A stretch of 56,207 nucleotides of DNA from an uncultured virus (IMG/VR IMGVR_UViG_3300044701_002219). Its lineage: Duplodnaviria > Heunggongvirae > Uroviricota > Caudoviricetes. The DNA lies in IMG/VR virus record IMGVR_UViG_3300044701_002219; one strand, 5' to 3'. Numbering within the stretch: position 1 is the stretch's first letter; each line of letters opens with the position of its first letter. A program made the translations under genes and the position numbers. The notes below the pieces were generated by a model, which did not search any database, was not told the DNA's origin, and saw nothing but the letters and a program-made list of their open reading frames with translations. Positions 46,125 to 54,559 of this stretch are shown one piece after another.

Positions 46125-47507
46125 ATGTCAAATCTTATTAATGCTACAAGAACTGAGAACTCTTTTACCTTTAACGGTGCGGTTACTAATTCTACCTCGC
46201 TCGATTATTGTCTCGATATGTTCTTCTTAGCAGGAGCTTCGAGAAAAATGACGCAAGGAGATATCCTTACAGTATTCTGTAAGGCTCTGTATGAAGATAC
46301 AGCGCTCGCTCTAAAAATATTATTTTGGGCAAGAGATGTAAGGGGTGGTGCCGGAGAAAGAAGATTCTTCAGGTACTGTATGGAGTATCTAAGTAAGATG
46401 CACCCTGATATCTTTGACCAATTGGTAATATTTGTACCTGAGTATGGTTATTGGAAAGATGTTTTCGCTATCGATAAGCCTAACAACGACTCGCTCGATT
46501 GGATAATGCGTGGCTTAACCGAGAGAAACGATGGTCTATTAGCTAAGTGGTTCCCAAGGAAAGGTCCTTGGTTCACAGCTATGCACAAGTTTATGAAGAT
46601 AACTCCTAAGGAGTTACGTAAGTTGCTTGTGAGTATGACCAACGTAGTGGAAACACCTATGTGTGCCAATAAATGGTCGGAGATAAACTATAGTCACGTT
46701 CCTTCTGTAGCTATGAATCGTTATCGTAACGCATTCTTTAAGCGAGATGGAGAACGTATGGCTAAGTTTATAACTGACGTTCATAACGGGAGTGCTAAGA
46801 TTAATGCCTCTGCTTTATATCCTCACGAGCTTTATGTAGCTATGATGAATGAGGATAACGAGTCAGCAATCGAAGCACAGTGGAATGCCCTACCTGATTA
46901 TATGGCCGGCAGCACAGAAAGGATTCTTCCTGTATGTGATGTGTCGGGCAGTATGCAAGGTACGCCTATGAATGTAAGCGTCGGTTTGGGATTATATATC
47001 TCAGAACGTAACCGCGGTATATTCAAGGACGCCTTTATAACTTTTTCAGAATCTCCTGAGATGCAGTATCTACACGGTACTTTGTCACAGAGAATGAAGC
47101 AGTTACAAAGTGCGGATTGGGGTATGAACACTAACCTTAACGCAGTCTTTGACCTTGTCTTAACAAGTGCTGTTAGAGAGAAACTTCCTGAGTCCGAGAT
47201 GCCTACTAAACTACTTATCATATCTGATATGGAGTTTGATGAGGCAGACAGAGGACGCACAAACTTTCATATGATACGTAAGAAGTATGCCCACTACGGG
47301 TATGCCGTACCACAAATCGTATTTTGGAATGTGAATGGTAGGATGGGTAACTCTCCGGCGCAAGTACAAGACAAAGGTGTAGGACTAGTGTCAGGTTTCA
47401 GCCCGGCTATCCTTAAGTCAATCTTGAAAGGTGAGATATACTCACCTAAACAGTTGATGTTGGATACGGTTATGACCGATAGGTACAAGCGGATACGAAT
47501 TGACTAA
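46125..47507 (+). CDS. TROVE-like plus vWA domain protein (Ro60-like / DUF2828-type)
   Basis: TENS..NGA..S..CLD.FF, ALKILFWARDVRGGAGERR.F, EYGYWKD, LAKWFPR, INYSHVPS.AM, MIDAS CDVSGSM, WGMNTN, IISDMEFD, PQIVFWN, LVSGFSP. Confidence 0.85.
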   Translation: MSNLINATRTENSFTFNGAVTNSTSLDYCLDMFFLAGASRKMTQGDILTVFCKALYEDTALALKILFWARDVRGGAGERRFFRYCMEYLSKMHPDIFDQLVIFVPEYGYWKDVFAIDKPNNDSLDWIMRGLTERNDGLLAKWFPRKGPWFTAMHKFMKITPKELRKLLVSMTNVVETPMCANKWSEINYSHVPSVAMNRYRNAFFKRDGERMAKFITDVHNGSAKINASALYPHELYVAMMNEDNESAIEAQWNALPDYMAGSTERILPVCDVSGSMQGTPMNVSVGLGLYISERNRGIFKDAFITFSESPEMQYLHGTLSQRMKQLQSADWGMNTNLNAVFDLVLTSAVREKLPESEMPTKLLIISDMEFDEADRGRTNFHMIRKKYAHYGYAVPQIVFWNVNGRMGNSPAQVQDKGVGLVSGFSPAILKSILKGEIYSPKQLMLDTVMTDRYKRIRID

Positions 47508-47540
47508 GAGTCGGAGTCGTAAGACTTGGCAACAGAACTT

Positions 47541-47582
47541 AGACTGAGAGACAAAGAGTCTCTTAGTCTTTCTTTTTTTTTT
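47541..47582 (+). terminator. Intrinsic terminator
   Basis: AGACTGAGAGAC-AAAGA-GTCTCTTAGTCT followed by a T-tract. Confidence 0.8.
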
Positions 47583-47593
47583 ATCATATCTAT

Positions 47594-48037
47594 ATGGAAA
47601 CTTTATCAATAACTTTCTCGCTCGAAGAAATAAAGGGTATGCTTTATCAGAAGCTTAATCCTAATATGGGCGTAGAAGAAAGAAAATTAATCACCGAAGT
47701 ATTAATAGGAAACTTATCTAAGACTCCTGTAGGTATCTCTCAGATGTATAAATCTTTTTTAGGTATAGCGCCTGAACTAAAGTATAGCGCAGATACCGAT
47801 GTTTATGTAAGATATAGTAATCTGTATACGTGGCGTTTCGATGAAGATATTATGAAGGAGCGCATACATAAGGGAGGTATATCCGTAAAAATATTAGACA
47901 CGGATTTATATAGAGAAGATCCTTATTGTATACATTATTTTTTTATAAACAAGGATGGGAAAGATGACACCGCGCAACACTGGGTAAGAGAACAAGATAT
48001 CCTAGGTATAGTAGACGGGTATCCTCTAAATATGTAG
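47594..48037 (+). CDS. Hypothetical protein
   Basis: 147 aa. Confidence 0.6.
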   Translation: METLSITFSLEEIKGMLYQKLNPNMGVEERKLITEVLIGNLSKTPVGISQMYKSFLGIAPELKYSADTDVYVRYSNLYTWRFDEDIMKERIHKGGISVKILDTDLYREDPYCIHYFFINKDGKDDTAQHWVREQDILGIVDGYPLNM

Positions 48038-48041
48038 GAGT

Positions 48042-48245
48042 ATGGAAAACGTAGAGCACAAAGGTAACAGATACCTTTATTTAAAAAATTTTAATAATTA
48101 CAGATTGCAGACTGATAGCAAGATTCTCACGCTCGAAAATAGCTTATATCACCTTAAGTCTGAGACAAAGAGACTCAGAGTTTTTGTGACGGTTCTTACT
48201 ATCATCCTCACATCTGTCATATCTATAAGTTTTATTGCGAAATAA
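48042..48245 (+). CDS. Small protein with C-terminal TM helix
   Basis: 67 aa. Confidence 0.45.
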   Translation: MENVEHKGNRYLYLKNFNNYRLQTDSKILTLENSLYHLKSETKRLRVFVTVLTIILTSVISISFIAK

Positions 48246-48246
48246 C

Positions 48247-48276
48247 TTGCGATAATCTCAAAGATTTTTATCTTTG
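48247..48276 (+). promoter_or_regulatory. Bacteroidota sigma70 promoter (TTG -33, TATCTTTG -7)
   Basis: TTG at 48247-49, 19-nt spacer, TATCTTTG at 48269-76. Confidence 0.65.
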
Positions 48277-48291
48277 TTGCGTTATCCCTTT

Positions 48292-48579
48292 ATGATTTAT
48301 CAGCTGCCTAACGGTAAAATAGTACACCTAACTGTAGAAGAATTCTTAGATCTTACTGATCAAGATATCCAAGCACTTATGAGTGTCAACGCTGGCGACT
48401 TTGCTAGCTCACCGTTCTATGGCTCCGCGATAAGAAACCGCAAAAAGGAAGAAGATATAGAAGAAGACAAAAGTATAGACTTCAGTCCTGATCTAGAAGA
48501 ACCACTGTATCATACAGATATCACAGAAAATACCGAGGAAGACTTTCCCGAATTTCCTGAGGATATGTATGGTATCTAA
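48292..48579 (+). CDS. Hypothetical protein with acidic C-terminus
   Basis: MIYQLPNGKIVHLTVEEFLDLTD. Start placed at the ATG after the promoter. Confidence 0.65.
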   Translation: MIYQLPNGKIVHLTVEEFLDLTDQDIQALMSVNAGDFASSPFYGSAIRNRKKEEDIEEDKSIDFSPDLEEPLYHTDITENTEEDFPEFPEDMYGI

Positions 48580-48674
48580 AAGCATTTGTGTCCTGACCAC
48601 AAATATAAGACCGCAAGAGCTGCCGGTCTTTTTTTATTTATAGTAGCTCGTAATCAATTAAAAAACAACTAAAC

Positions 48675-49139
48675 ATGAACTCAAGAGTAAAAGTAACAGC
48701 TGATCCAGCAGGTAACGTAATTATCCCTTCAACTAACAATCCTGATTGGGGATATATCCGTGTAGAACAAAACAGAATGATTATCGACGAAAGAGGTTTC
48801 GCTCGTAAGAAGACTGTTAGTGCGCTTATCCCAGGTAAATTGGAAGACTTAAAAGCTTTTGGTTGGACCGCTAATCAAGAAGTAGATGGTAAGATCGTAG
48901 TTAAGGAAAGAACAACACCTTTTAACGAAGATCAACCAGAGCGCGATTATAAGATTGCCGGTGAAACTGGCATCGTATGCTGCTATTATGGCGAGCCTAT
49001 CTATCGTAAAGCATTCTATACTTTAAACATGAATGCTTATGATGAGACCGTTGAGCATACAAATGGTGAAGACATCAAAGCTGCTTATGCGGATCTTTTG
49101 GAGAGCCAAAACAAATCCGGAAGCATGAACAGGCTGTAA
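48675..49139 (+). CDS. Putative ssDNA-binding (OB-fold-like) protein
   Basis: Beta-rich 154 aa with highly-expressed-type codon usage and its own terminator (49145-49192). Family call is tentative. Confidence 0.4.
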   Translation: MNSRVKVTADPAGNVIIPSTNNPDWGYIRVEQNRMIIDERGFARKKTVSALIPGKLEDLKAFGWTANQEVDGKIVVKERTTPFNEDQPERDYKIAGETGIVCCYYGEPIYRKAFYTLNMNAYDETVEHTNGEDIKAAYADLLESQNKSGSMNRL

Positions 49140-49241
49140 ATTAAGAGAGGTGACTCGGGGGATATATTTTCCCCTGAGTTGCCTTTTTTTTTCGAGTAAC
49201 GCTAAGTTGGCTATCTAAGTAATCATCTTAATCAAACAACC

Positions 49242-49703
49242 ATGGAAAAACACGTTCAACCTTTAGAGTATAACGGCTCTTTAGGTAAACAACAACTCGA
49301 AGGTACTTCTAAATATCAGCGCATAGAACTCGAAGAACTAAGCGAATATCAGAATCACCTGTATCACAGGGCTTTGTTCGGCCTAAGTATCTTTTCACAA
49401 GAGGAGATTAAGAAGATGAACAAGGAGAAACGTAAACGTATTATAAAGGTTCACAAGAAGACTCAGAAGGTACTTAATATATGGAAGCAGGAAGTTGTGC
49501 TAGCCTTGTCTAATAACTTTTTTATGACTATCTTTCCTGATAGTCCTATGACTAAGACTTTATTAGATGTGCATAGCGAAACAGACCCTACATATAAGTG
49601 TACGCTAAGTTTCAAAACTCTTAAGATGAACAAGTCTTCTATTATCGAGAGATTGATAACAGAGGGCATATTACCACACAATTTTAACAACTTAAACACG
49701 TAA
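49242..49703 (+). CDS. Hypothetical protein
   Basis: 153 aa, YHRALFGL..SFKTL..I..LI.EG.LP.NF. Confidence 0.65.
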   Translation: MEKHVQPLEYNGSLGKQQLEGTSKYQRIELEELSEYQNHLYHRALFGLSIFSQEEIKKMNKEKRKRIIKVHKKTQKVLNIWKQEVVLALSNNFFMTIFPDSPMTKTLLDVHSETDPTYKCTLSFKTLKMNKSSIIERLITEGILPHNFNNLNT

Positions 49704-49706
49704 ATT

Positions 49707-49967
49707 ATGCAAATAGAAGTATTGGTAAGCGATGGTGTGACTGTCGTATTATCTCCAGAAAACGAGATGGAAGAGGCTTTGTTAAAACAGTTGATGAAGC
49801 AATCTAATGATATTACGGAAATCAGAAGCACCGTTATGCTTCTAAATAAAACGTATAGATCTGGAATAGTAATAGGTAAGACTACTAACGGTGTTAGAAA
49901 TGTTTTCGAACACGATGGTGGTAAGCCGTCAACCACAACAGATGAAGACCAAACCAAAGAAGTGTGA
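49707..49967 (+). CDS. Hypothetical protein
   Basis: 86 aa. Confidence 0.6.
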   Translation: MQIEVLVSDGVTVVLSPENEMEEALLKQLMKQSNDITEIRSTVMLLNKTYRSGIVIGKTTNGVRNVFEHDGGKPSTTTDEDQTKEV

Positions 49968-50358
49968 TCGATGTGAAGAGCTAAAACCTATATGGAAAAA
50001 TAGTGGGGGGAAGCGATATTGCCGGCAGTGCTGGAGTGCTCATTCAGTAACTACCAAAACTCAACCAACAGTTAGGCAAAAGAAGCCGATCCCCGCTCGC
50101 TCTTCAAAAAGATCTAAACAAGAGGCAGACTATAGCAAACTAAGAAAAGTATTTCTAGATAAACATCCTATGTGCCAGGCACATTTGCCACAGGTATGTA
50201 CTAAAGCATCTACTGATGTACACCATATGAAAGGTAGAGTAGGTGATTTATTATTAGATCAGACTCATTGGCTAGCTGTATGTCGAGGGTGCCACTACTG
50301 GATCGAAATGAGACCAGAAGCGGCTAAGTTATTAGGATATTCAAAATCAAGACTTTAA
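49942..50358 (+). CDS. HNH endonuclease with N-terminal Zn finger
   Basis: CDRC..CRQC and CQ..C..TDVHH.KGR..WLAVCRGCH. Start placed at ATG 49942. Confidence 0.75.
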   Translation: MKTKPKKCDRCEELKPIWKNSGGKRYCRQCWSAHSVTTKTQPTVRQKKPIPARSSKRSKQEADYSKLRKVFLDKHPMCQAHLPQVCTKASTDVHHMKGRVGDLLLDQTHWLAVCRGCHYWIEMRPEAAKLLGYSKSRL

Positions 50359-50360
50359 AC

Positions 50361-50666
50361 ATGGGAAAAATGAAAGCTTTATCTCTAGACTTTAAGGGAT
50401 ACAGTATACAAGGCGAAGCACATATGACATTATGGGGCGGCGCACAAGGTAGCATAAACATGCAGGAAGTATTTATAGAAGACGGCCAGCTTTCTGCAGA
50501 TAGATTAAAAGAATCTGTAAACGATAACGGATTCGGCTGTCAAAGTATAGACTATGCAATAGTAGATATCTATAAGTGTTATGGTGAATATCCATATTAC
50601 AAAGAATACGATAGAACTATTGTGCTTAACGATAAACAATGTAAACCAGTAAGATTATACAAATGA
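50361..50666 (+). CDS. Hypothetical protein
   Basis: 101 aa, NDNGFGCQSI motif. Confidence 0.6.
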   Translation: MGKMKALSLDFKGYSIQGEAHMTLWGGAQGSINMQEVFIEDGQLSADRLKESVNDNGFGCQSIDYAIVDIYKCYGEYPYYKEYDRTIVLNDKQCKPVRLYK

Positions 50667-51007
50667 AAAATTTAAGATTTATAAAAGAAGGAGATCTATG
50701 GTATATAGATCTGCCTGAATGGGAAGGTGACAAAGCAGACTTACTCATGGTAGCTGGTGCAGATGTGTTACTTGATAGAGTATCATACGGCCAGGATAAT
50801 GTAGAATTAAGTGTAGTAGAAGCACCTGTAGATGATTTTTATAAGCTAACTTTGTTAGAGGAACCACAAACAGCAGGCGGAGGTACATATCGGGTCGCAG
50901 GACCAGATACTTTTCCACCTATAATCTGGTTATGTAACGTAACAAAATATGTTTTCGGTGGCTATATGCCAAGAGAAATATATTTTAAACCAACATTCTT
51001 ATTATGA
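50663..51007 (+). CDS. Hypothetical protein (DUF6717-like)
   Basis: WYIDLPEW.G.KADL.MVAGAD.LLD..WLC.VT.YVFG..P..IYF. Confidence 0.65.
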   Translation: MKNLRFIKEGDLWYIDLPEWEGDKADLLMVAGADVLLDRVSYGQDNVELSVVEAPVDDFYKLTLLEEPQTAGGGTYRVAGPDTFPPIIWLCNVTKYVFGGYMPREIYFKPTFLL

Positions 51008-52104
51008 CAAACAACGACACAAGAAAGAAGATACAAGATGAAGCATTAGCAAAAGCTGCACCGTACAAACGGTGCGGCATTGCTGCCTCTATGGGTATAG
51101 GTAAAACTCTTATAGGCTTGCGTCATATGGATCAGTATTTACAGAAGAATCCGGAAGCTTCTTTCTTGGTAGTAGCGCCCAAGAAAAGTATTCTAACCGA
51201 ATGGCAAAACGAATCTTATAAGCATGACGTAAGTTATTTATTAGAGCATATCACTTTCTGCACTTACTTATCACTCGAAAAACAAGATCTAAACTATGAT
51301 GTAGTATATCTAGACGAATGTCATTCCTTACTATATAGTCACGACTTCTGGTTGAAGACTTATACTGGAAACATATTTGGCATGACAGGTACTCCACCAA
51401 AGTATGAGACCTCAGAGAAAGGTCAGATGGTAAACAAGTATTGCCCTATCGTGTATACTTATGTAACAGATGAAGCGATAGAAGATAATATTCTTAATGA
51501 TTACCATATCTATATCCATCCTCTTACTCTAAATAGAGAAAAGACTATGGCTATGGAACAGAACGGTAGGAAATGGTATACATCCGAGCAAGCTACTTAT
51601 GATTACTGGACAGGTAGAATAGATAACGCAAAAAGCAGTAAAGAGAAACAGATAATGCAGGTGATGCGTATGAAAGCCATTATGAGTTTTCCTAGCAAAG
51701 AAGTATATGCTAAAGATCTCTTGACTAGTATTGATGAAAAATGTATCTTGTTTGCTAATACACAAGAACAAGCAGATAAGATGTGTCTTTATAGTTATCA
51801 TAGCAATAATCCAGAATCAGAAAGAAATCTACAAGATTTTAAGAAAGGTATGATTACTAGATTATCTTGCGTGCTCCAACTAAACGAAGGTGTGAATATA
51901 CCTAATCTAAAAGAAGGTATTATTATGCACGCATATGGTAACGAGAGAAAGACTAGTCAAAGACTTGGTCGTTTGTTGAGACTTAATCCTACAGAAAAAT
52001 CTACTATACATATCTTATGTTATGTAGGTACTGTGGATGAGAAGTGGGTTAAAGATTCTTTAGATAACTTTGATGAAAACAAAATAACATGGTTAAAACA
52101 CTAG
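51004..52104 (+). CDS. Superfamily 2 (DExH) helicase
   Basis: MGIGKT, VVAP, LDECH, GMTGTP, LNEGVNIP, QRLGRLLR. Confidence 0.9.
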   Translation: MTNNDTRKKIQDEALAKAAPYKRCGIAASMGIGKTLIGLRHMDQYLQKNPEASFLVVAPKKSILTEWQNESYKHDVSYLLEHITFCTYLSLEKQDLNYDVVYLDECHSLLYSHDFWLKTYTGNIFGMTGTPPKYETSEKGQMVNKYCPIVYTYVTDEAIEDNILNDYHIYIHPLTLNREKTMAMEQNGRKWYTSEQATYDYWTGRIDNAKSSKEKQIMQVMRMKAIMSFPSKEVYAKDLLTSIDEKCILFANTQEQADKMCLYSYHSNNPESERNLQDFKKGMITRLSCVLQLNEGVNIPNLKEGIIMHAYGNERKTSQRLGRLLRLNPTEKSTIHILCYVGTVDEKWVKDSLDNFDENKITWLKH

Positions 52105-52264
52105 TCACTGTGACGGAATAGGTAGACGTGCCACGATGATGCTCGGCGAGCACTTCCCGGTGCAGAAATATGGCTCCGCATCGATTGAGTGGTTTGTAGG
52201 GAAAGTTCTCATATCGGGAACTGTTTGGATACAAGTCCTGTGGGTTCGAATCCCACCAGTGACA
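52104..52264 (+). ncRNA. Leu-type tRNA-like RNA with expanded anticodon and variable arms (161 nt)
   Basis: Acceptor GTCACTG/CAGTGAC plus A73, D arm ACG-GAATAGGTAGA-CGT, T arm GTGGG-TTCGAAT-CCCAC. Anticodon stem CCAC/GTGG encloses about 54 nt of branched structure. No encoded CCA. Confidence 0.75.
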
Positions 52265-52278
52265 AAATATTAAAGCAT

Positions 52279-52563
52279 ATGGAATTAAAAAATATTACCC
52301 CGGAAGTAGAGAAGGAGTTAGATGCTCAGATAAAAGAGTCTTTATCTCATAAACTGATGCTATTTAACGACGACTATAATACTTTCGAACATGTGATAAG
52401 GTGTCTAGAGCTATATTGCGGTCATGGCTCTATGCAAGCAGAACAATGCGCACTAATAGTCCATAACAATGGACAGTGTGATGTAAAGAGAGGTCCATAC
52501 GAAAAGTTGGAGCCGATCTGTACAGCCTTACAAGATGCTGGGCTTACAGCAGATATAATTTAA
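52279..52563 (+). CDS. clpS: ATP-dependent Clp protease adaptor ClpS
   Basis: LMLFNDDYNTFEHVI..L..C.H..QAEQCALIVHNNG..VK.G..L..AGLTA.I. Start placed at ATG 52279. Confidence 0.9.
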   Translation: MELKNITPEVEKELDAQIKESLSHKLMLFNDDYNTFEHVIRCLELYCGHGSMQAEQCALIVHNNGQCDVKRGPYEKLEPICTALQDAGLTADII

Positions 52564-52577
52564 CTAACAAAATTATT

Positions 52578-52922
52578 ATGAAAAAAAGAGGCAGACCTTT
52601 TAGCAAATTGGTTGCAAATACTCAAGTAACAGATAACGTATTTAAGATTGAGAAAGGACATCCTAGAATAGCTAGGGGAAGAAGAGCAAGCAATCGTTAC
52701 GCAGCAATGCTATTAGAAAGAGTGATGGAACTTACTCCGTTATCTAACGAGTCTATTACTATTACTAAAACTATCTGCGAAACTAGAAACGCAGCTTTCA
52801 ACCTATTACTAAACGTAAGAAGATTGATTAAGACTAAAAAGCTTGGTATTGTTTTAGTTCCTACTACTCTAGCTGATGCTGATAAAAACTACGTAGGAAT
52901 ACGTATATGGAGAGAAGCTTAG
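52578..52922 (+). CDS. Basic hypothetical protein (AT-hook-like KKRGRP N-terminus)
   Basis: 114 aa, FKIEKG.P and GIRIWR. Confidence 0.55.
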   Translation: MKKRGRPFSKLVANTQVTDNVFKIEKGHPRIARGRRASNRYAAMLLERVMELTPLSNESITITKTICETRNAAFNLLLNVRRLIKTKKLGIVLVPTTLADADKNYVGIRIWREA

Positions 52923-53128
52923 ACTTATCTAAGGATGAAATAGTATACTATATGAAAAAGATATTAGAAACAAGTTACGAACTCAAGGATATAAAAACTT
53001 TACTAGAACGTAAGTATTGTCCTGATGGTAGAGAACACTCTTTTGAAATAGTTAAAGGTACCGGAGCAGAATCCGGTACCTCTATTTGGGAATGTTCTAA
53101 CTGTAAGAAACAAGTTAAATCAAACTAA
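52907..53128 (+). CDS. Small Zn-ribbon protein
   Basis: C..H..CSNC. Confidence 0.5.
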   Translation: MERSLDLSKDEIVYYMKKILETSYELKDIKTLLERKYCPDGREHSFEIVKGTGAESGTSIWECSNCKKQVKSN

Positions 53129-53133
53129 ATATT

Positions 53134-53141
53134 TATATTTG
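53134..53141 (+). promoter_or_regulatory. Bacteroidota -7 box (TATATTTG)
   Basis: TAnnTTTG, 3 nt before the ATG at 53145. Confidence 0.5.
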
Positions 53142-53144
53142 CAT

Positions 53145-53444
53145 ATGGCTATAACATCTATTAGAATGCCGTGGAGAGACGGTACCGTAAGAAATCTACA
53201 ATTTGTAACCGAGCAGTTTGAAACAGGACTATATGTAGGTGTCCACATTTGTGATGAGAATTGGACATACATCGACAAATGGCCTGGTCAAACTACAGAT
53301 GATCGCACAGAGGAAGAATACCATAAAGAACTAAGGTCTACGTCTGCACAACAAGGACACTTTATTCCTCAGTATTCTACAGATCCCGAGTGGAATCCTG
53401 GTTATGTACCTCCTATAGAAGAAGCAGAAGAACCAAATGAGTAG
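53145..53444 (+). CDS. Hypothetical protein
   Basis: Start placed at ATG 53145. Confidence 0.6.
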   Translation: MAITSIRMPWRDGTVRNLQFVTEQFETGLYVGVHICDENWTYIDKWPGQTTDDRTEEEYHKELRSTSAQQGHFIPQYSTDPEWNPGYVPPIEEAEEPNE

Positions 53445-53742
53445 TTTCCAAGTAGTTTGTATTAACGATTCGGACAAACCAGATGGGATACCTATGTCCC
53501 GCTGGATCAAAAAAGGTATTACCTATACCGTAATAGAGGTGGCTAAACTAAGAATGCAAGGAGGTATGCTGGGATATAAACTAGAGGAGATAAACATAGA
53601 TGATTGTTTTCCTTACCAGTTTTTTTCAGCAAACAGATTTGCTTTATTAGTAACACCGTCTCAACTCTGGGCAGAGCAGACTCTAAAGAAACTTTTAGAG
53701 GAAGCTAAGAAAGAAGCTGAAGAGGAAATCCAAGTATTGTAA
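53437..53742 (+). CDS. Hypothetical protein
   Basis: VVCINDS.KP..W.KKG..YTV..Y.LEEI..F...RF. Confidence 0.65.
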   Translation: MSSFQVVCINDSDKPDGIPMSRWIKKGITYTVIEVAKLRMQGGMLGYKLEEINIDDCFPYQFFSANRFALLVTPSQLWAEQTLKKLLEEAKKEAEEEIQVL

Positions 53743-53745
53743 CAT

Positions 53746-53910
53746 TGACCAGGAGAACAAGCGGAAAAGGTATTCAGGTAATGCTGTGCCGTTGAAACAT
53801 CCCTAAAAAGACATCTCTGAGGACATGTTGCTGGCGTAGCTGAGCTAGGGGAGAGTTAGGTGAGTACTGGCTCTCGCGGTAATACCACTCACAGCCTCTG
53901 GTCCTGGTCA
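53746..53910 (+). ncRNA. Candidate pseudoknotted ncRNA (165 nt)
   Basis: Ends pair as TGACCAGGA/TCCTGGTCA. The loop of hairpin GAGAGTTAG[GTGAGTA]CTGGCTCTC can pair with ACTCAC (53887-92). Confidence 0.6.
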
Positions 53911-53913
53911 TAT

Positions 53914-54016
53914 AGCAGAGTGGTGGAACTGGTAGACACACCCCCAGAGTGAGGGTATACTTCTAGTAATCACTATAATAAATAGGGTGTTACAGGTTCG
54001 AATCCTGTCTCTGCTA
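53914..54016 (+). tRNA. Atypical/pseudo tRNA-Leu-like RNA
   Basis: Acceptor AGCAGAG/CTCTGCT plus A, D arm GTG-GAACTGGTAGA-CAC, T arm ACAGG-TTCGAAT-CCTGT. Anticodon arm is malformed (ACCC-CCAGAGTGA-GGGT, no U33) and the variable region is about 35 nt. Followed by CTA rather than CCA. Confidence 0.65.
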
Positions 54017-54018
54017 CT

Positions 54019-54558
54019 ATGGAAAAAGTAACAAACCACAAAGGTATAGAGCTTAGAGTTGGTGATAAGATCATAATCATATCTGATAAACTAGGAGATA
54101 GATCTCTGAGTACTGTAACCCTGGGGGAAGTACTAACCATAACAGGTTTCTCAGATAATGGTAAGATACTATATCACCACAACTCTCTAGCTCTACCTAT
54201 TAACAGTAATCTTTATAAAAAAATAACTATGGAAAAAGAATTTGTAACTTATATACAAGCTGTAGATCTTAAAGAACTAGGCTTTGATGAACCATGTTTT
54301 AAAGTGCTAGAGGGTGGACCTGTAGATGTTTTTCCATATGAAAAGCTAGATATACCACTCAAACAACAAGCCTTTAGATGGTTTAGAGATAAGCATTGTA
54401 TCCATCATGGAATAATAGGTGATCTAAGTAATAATTTAACTAATATAGTTTATGTGTATACCATATTTGCAGCAGGTAGGTCAGAAGAATACAAAACCTA
54501 TGAAGAAGCAGAACAAGCCTGTCTAAATAAACTAATAGAAATCTGTAAAAACAAATAG
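54019..54558 (+). CDS. Hypothetical protein (apparent fusion of two small phage genes)
   Basis: Internal in-frame ATG at 54229 with its own start context begins MEKEFV.Y..A..LKELGFDEPCF. Confidence 0.55.
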   Translation: MEKVTNHKGIELRVGDKIIIISDKLGDRSLSTVTLGEVLTITGFSDNGKILYHHNSLALPINSNLYKKITMEKEFVTYIQAVDLKELGFDEPCFKVLEGGPVDVFPYEKLDIPLKQQAFRWFRDKHCIHHGIIGDLSNNLTNIVYVYTIFAAGRSEEYKTYEEAEQACLNKLIEICKNK

Positions 54559-54559
54559 T

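Noticed and set aside
39315..52234. Minus-strand ORFs in the right arm (39315-39785, 39818-40081, 46898-47260, 49463-49957 and others)
   Set aside because: They are antisense to real genes and cross terminators and promoter motifs.
52104..52264. tmRNA, or tRNA with a group I intron
   Set aside because: It has a true D stem, no G3-U70 Ala identity and no tag ORF. The insert of about 54 nt is far too short for a group I intron.
52189..52278. N-terminal extension of ClpS in the ORF track
   Set aside because: It overlaps the tRNA-like RNA. ATG 52279 gives a normal-sized ClpS.
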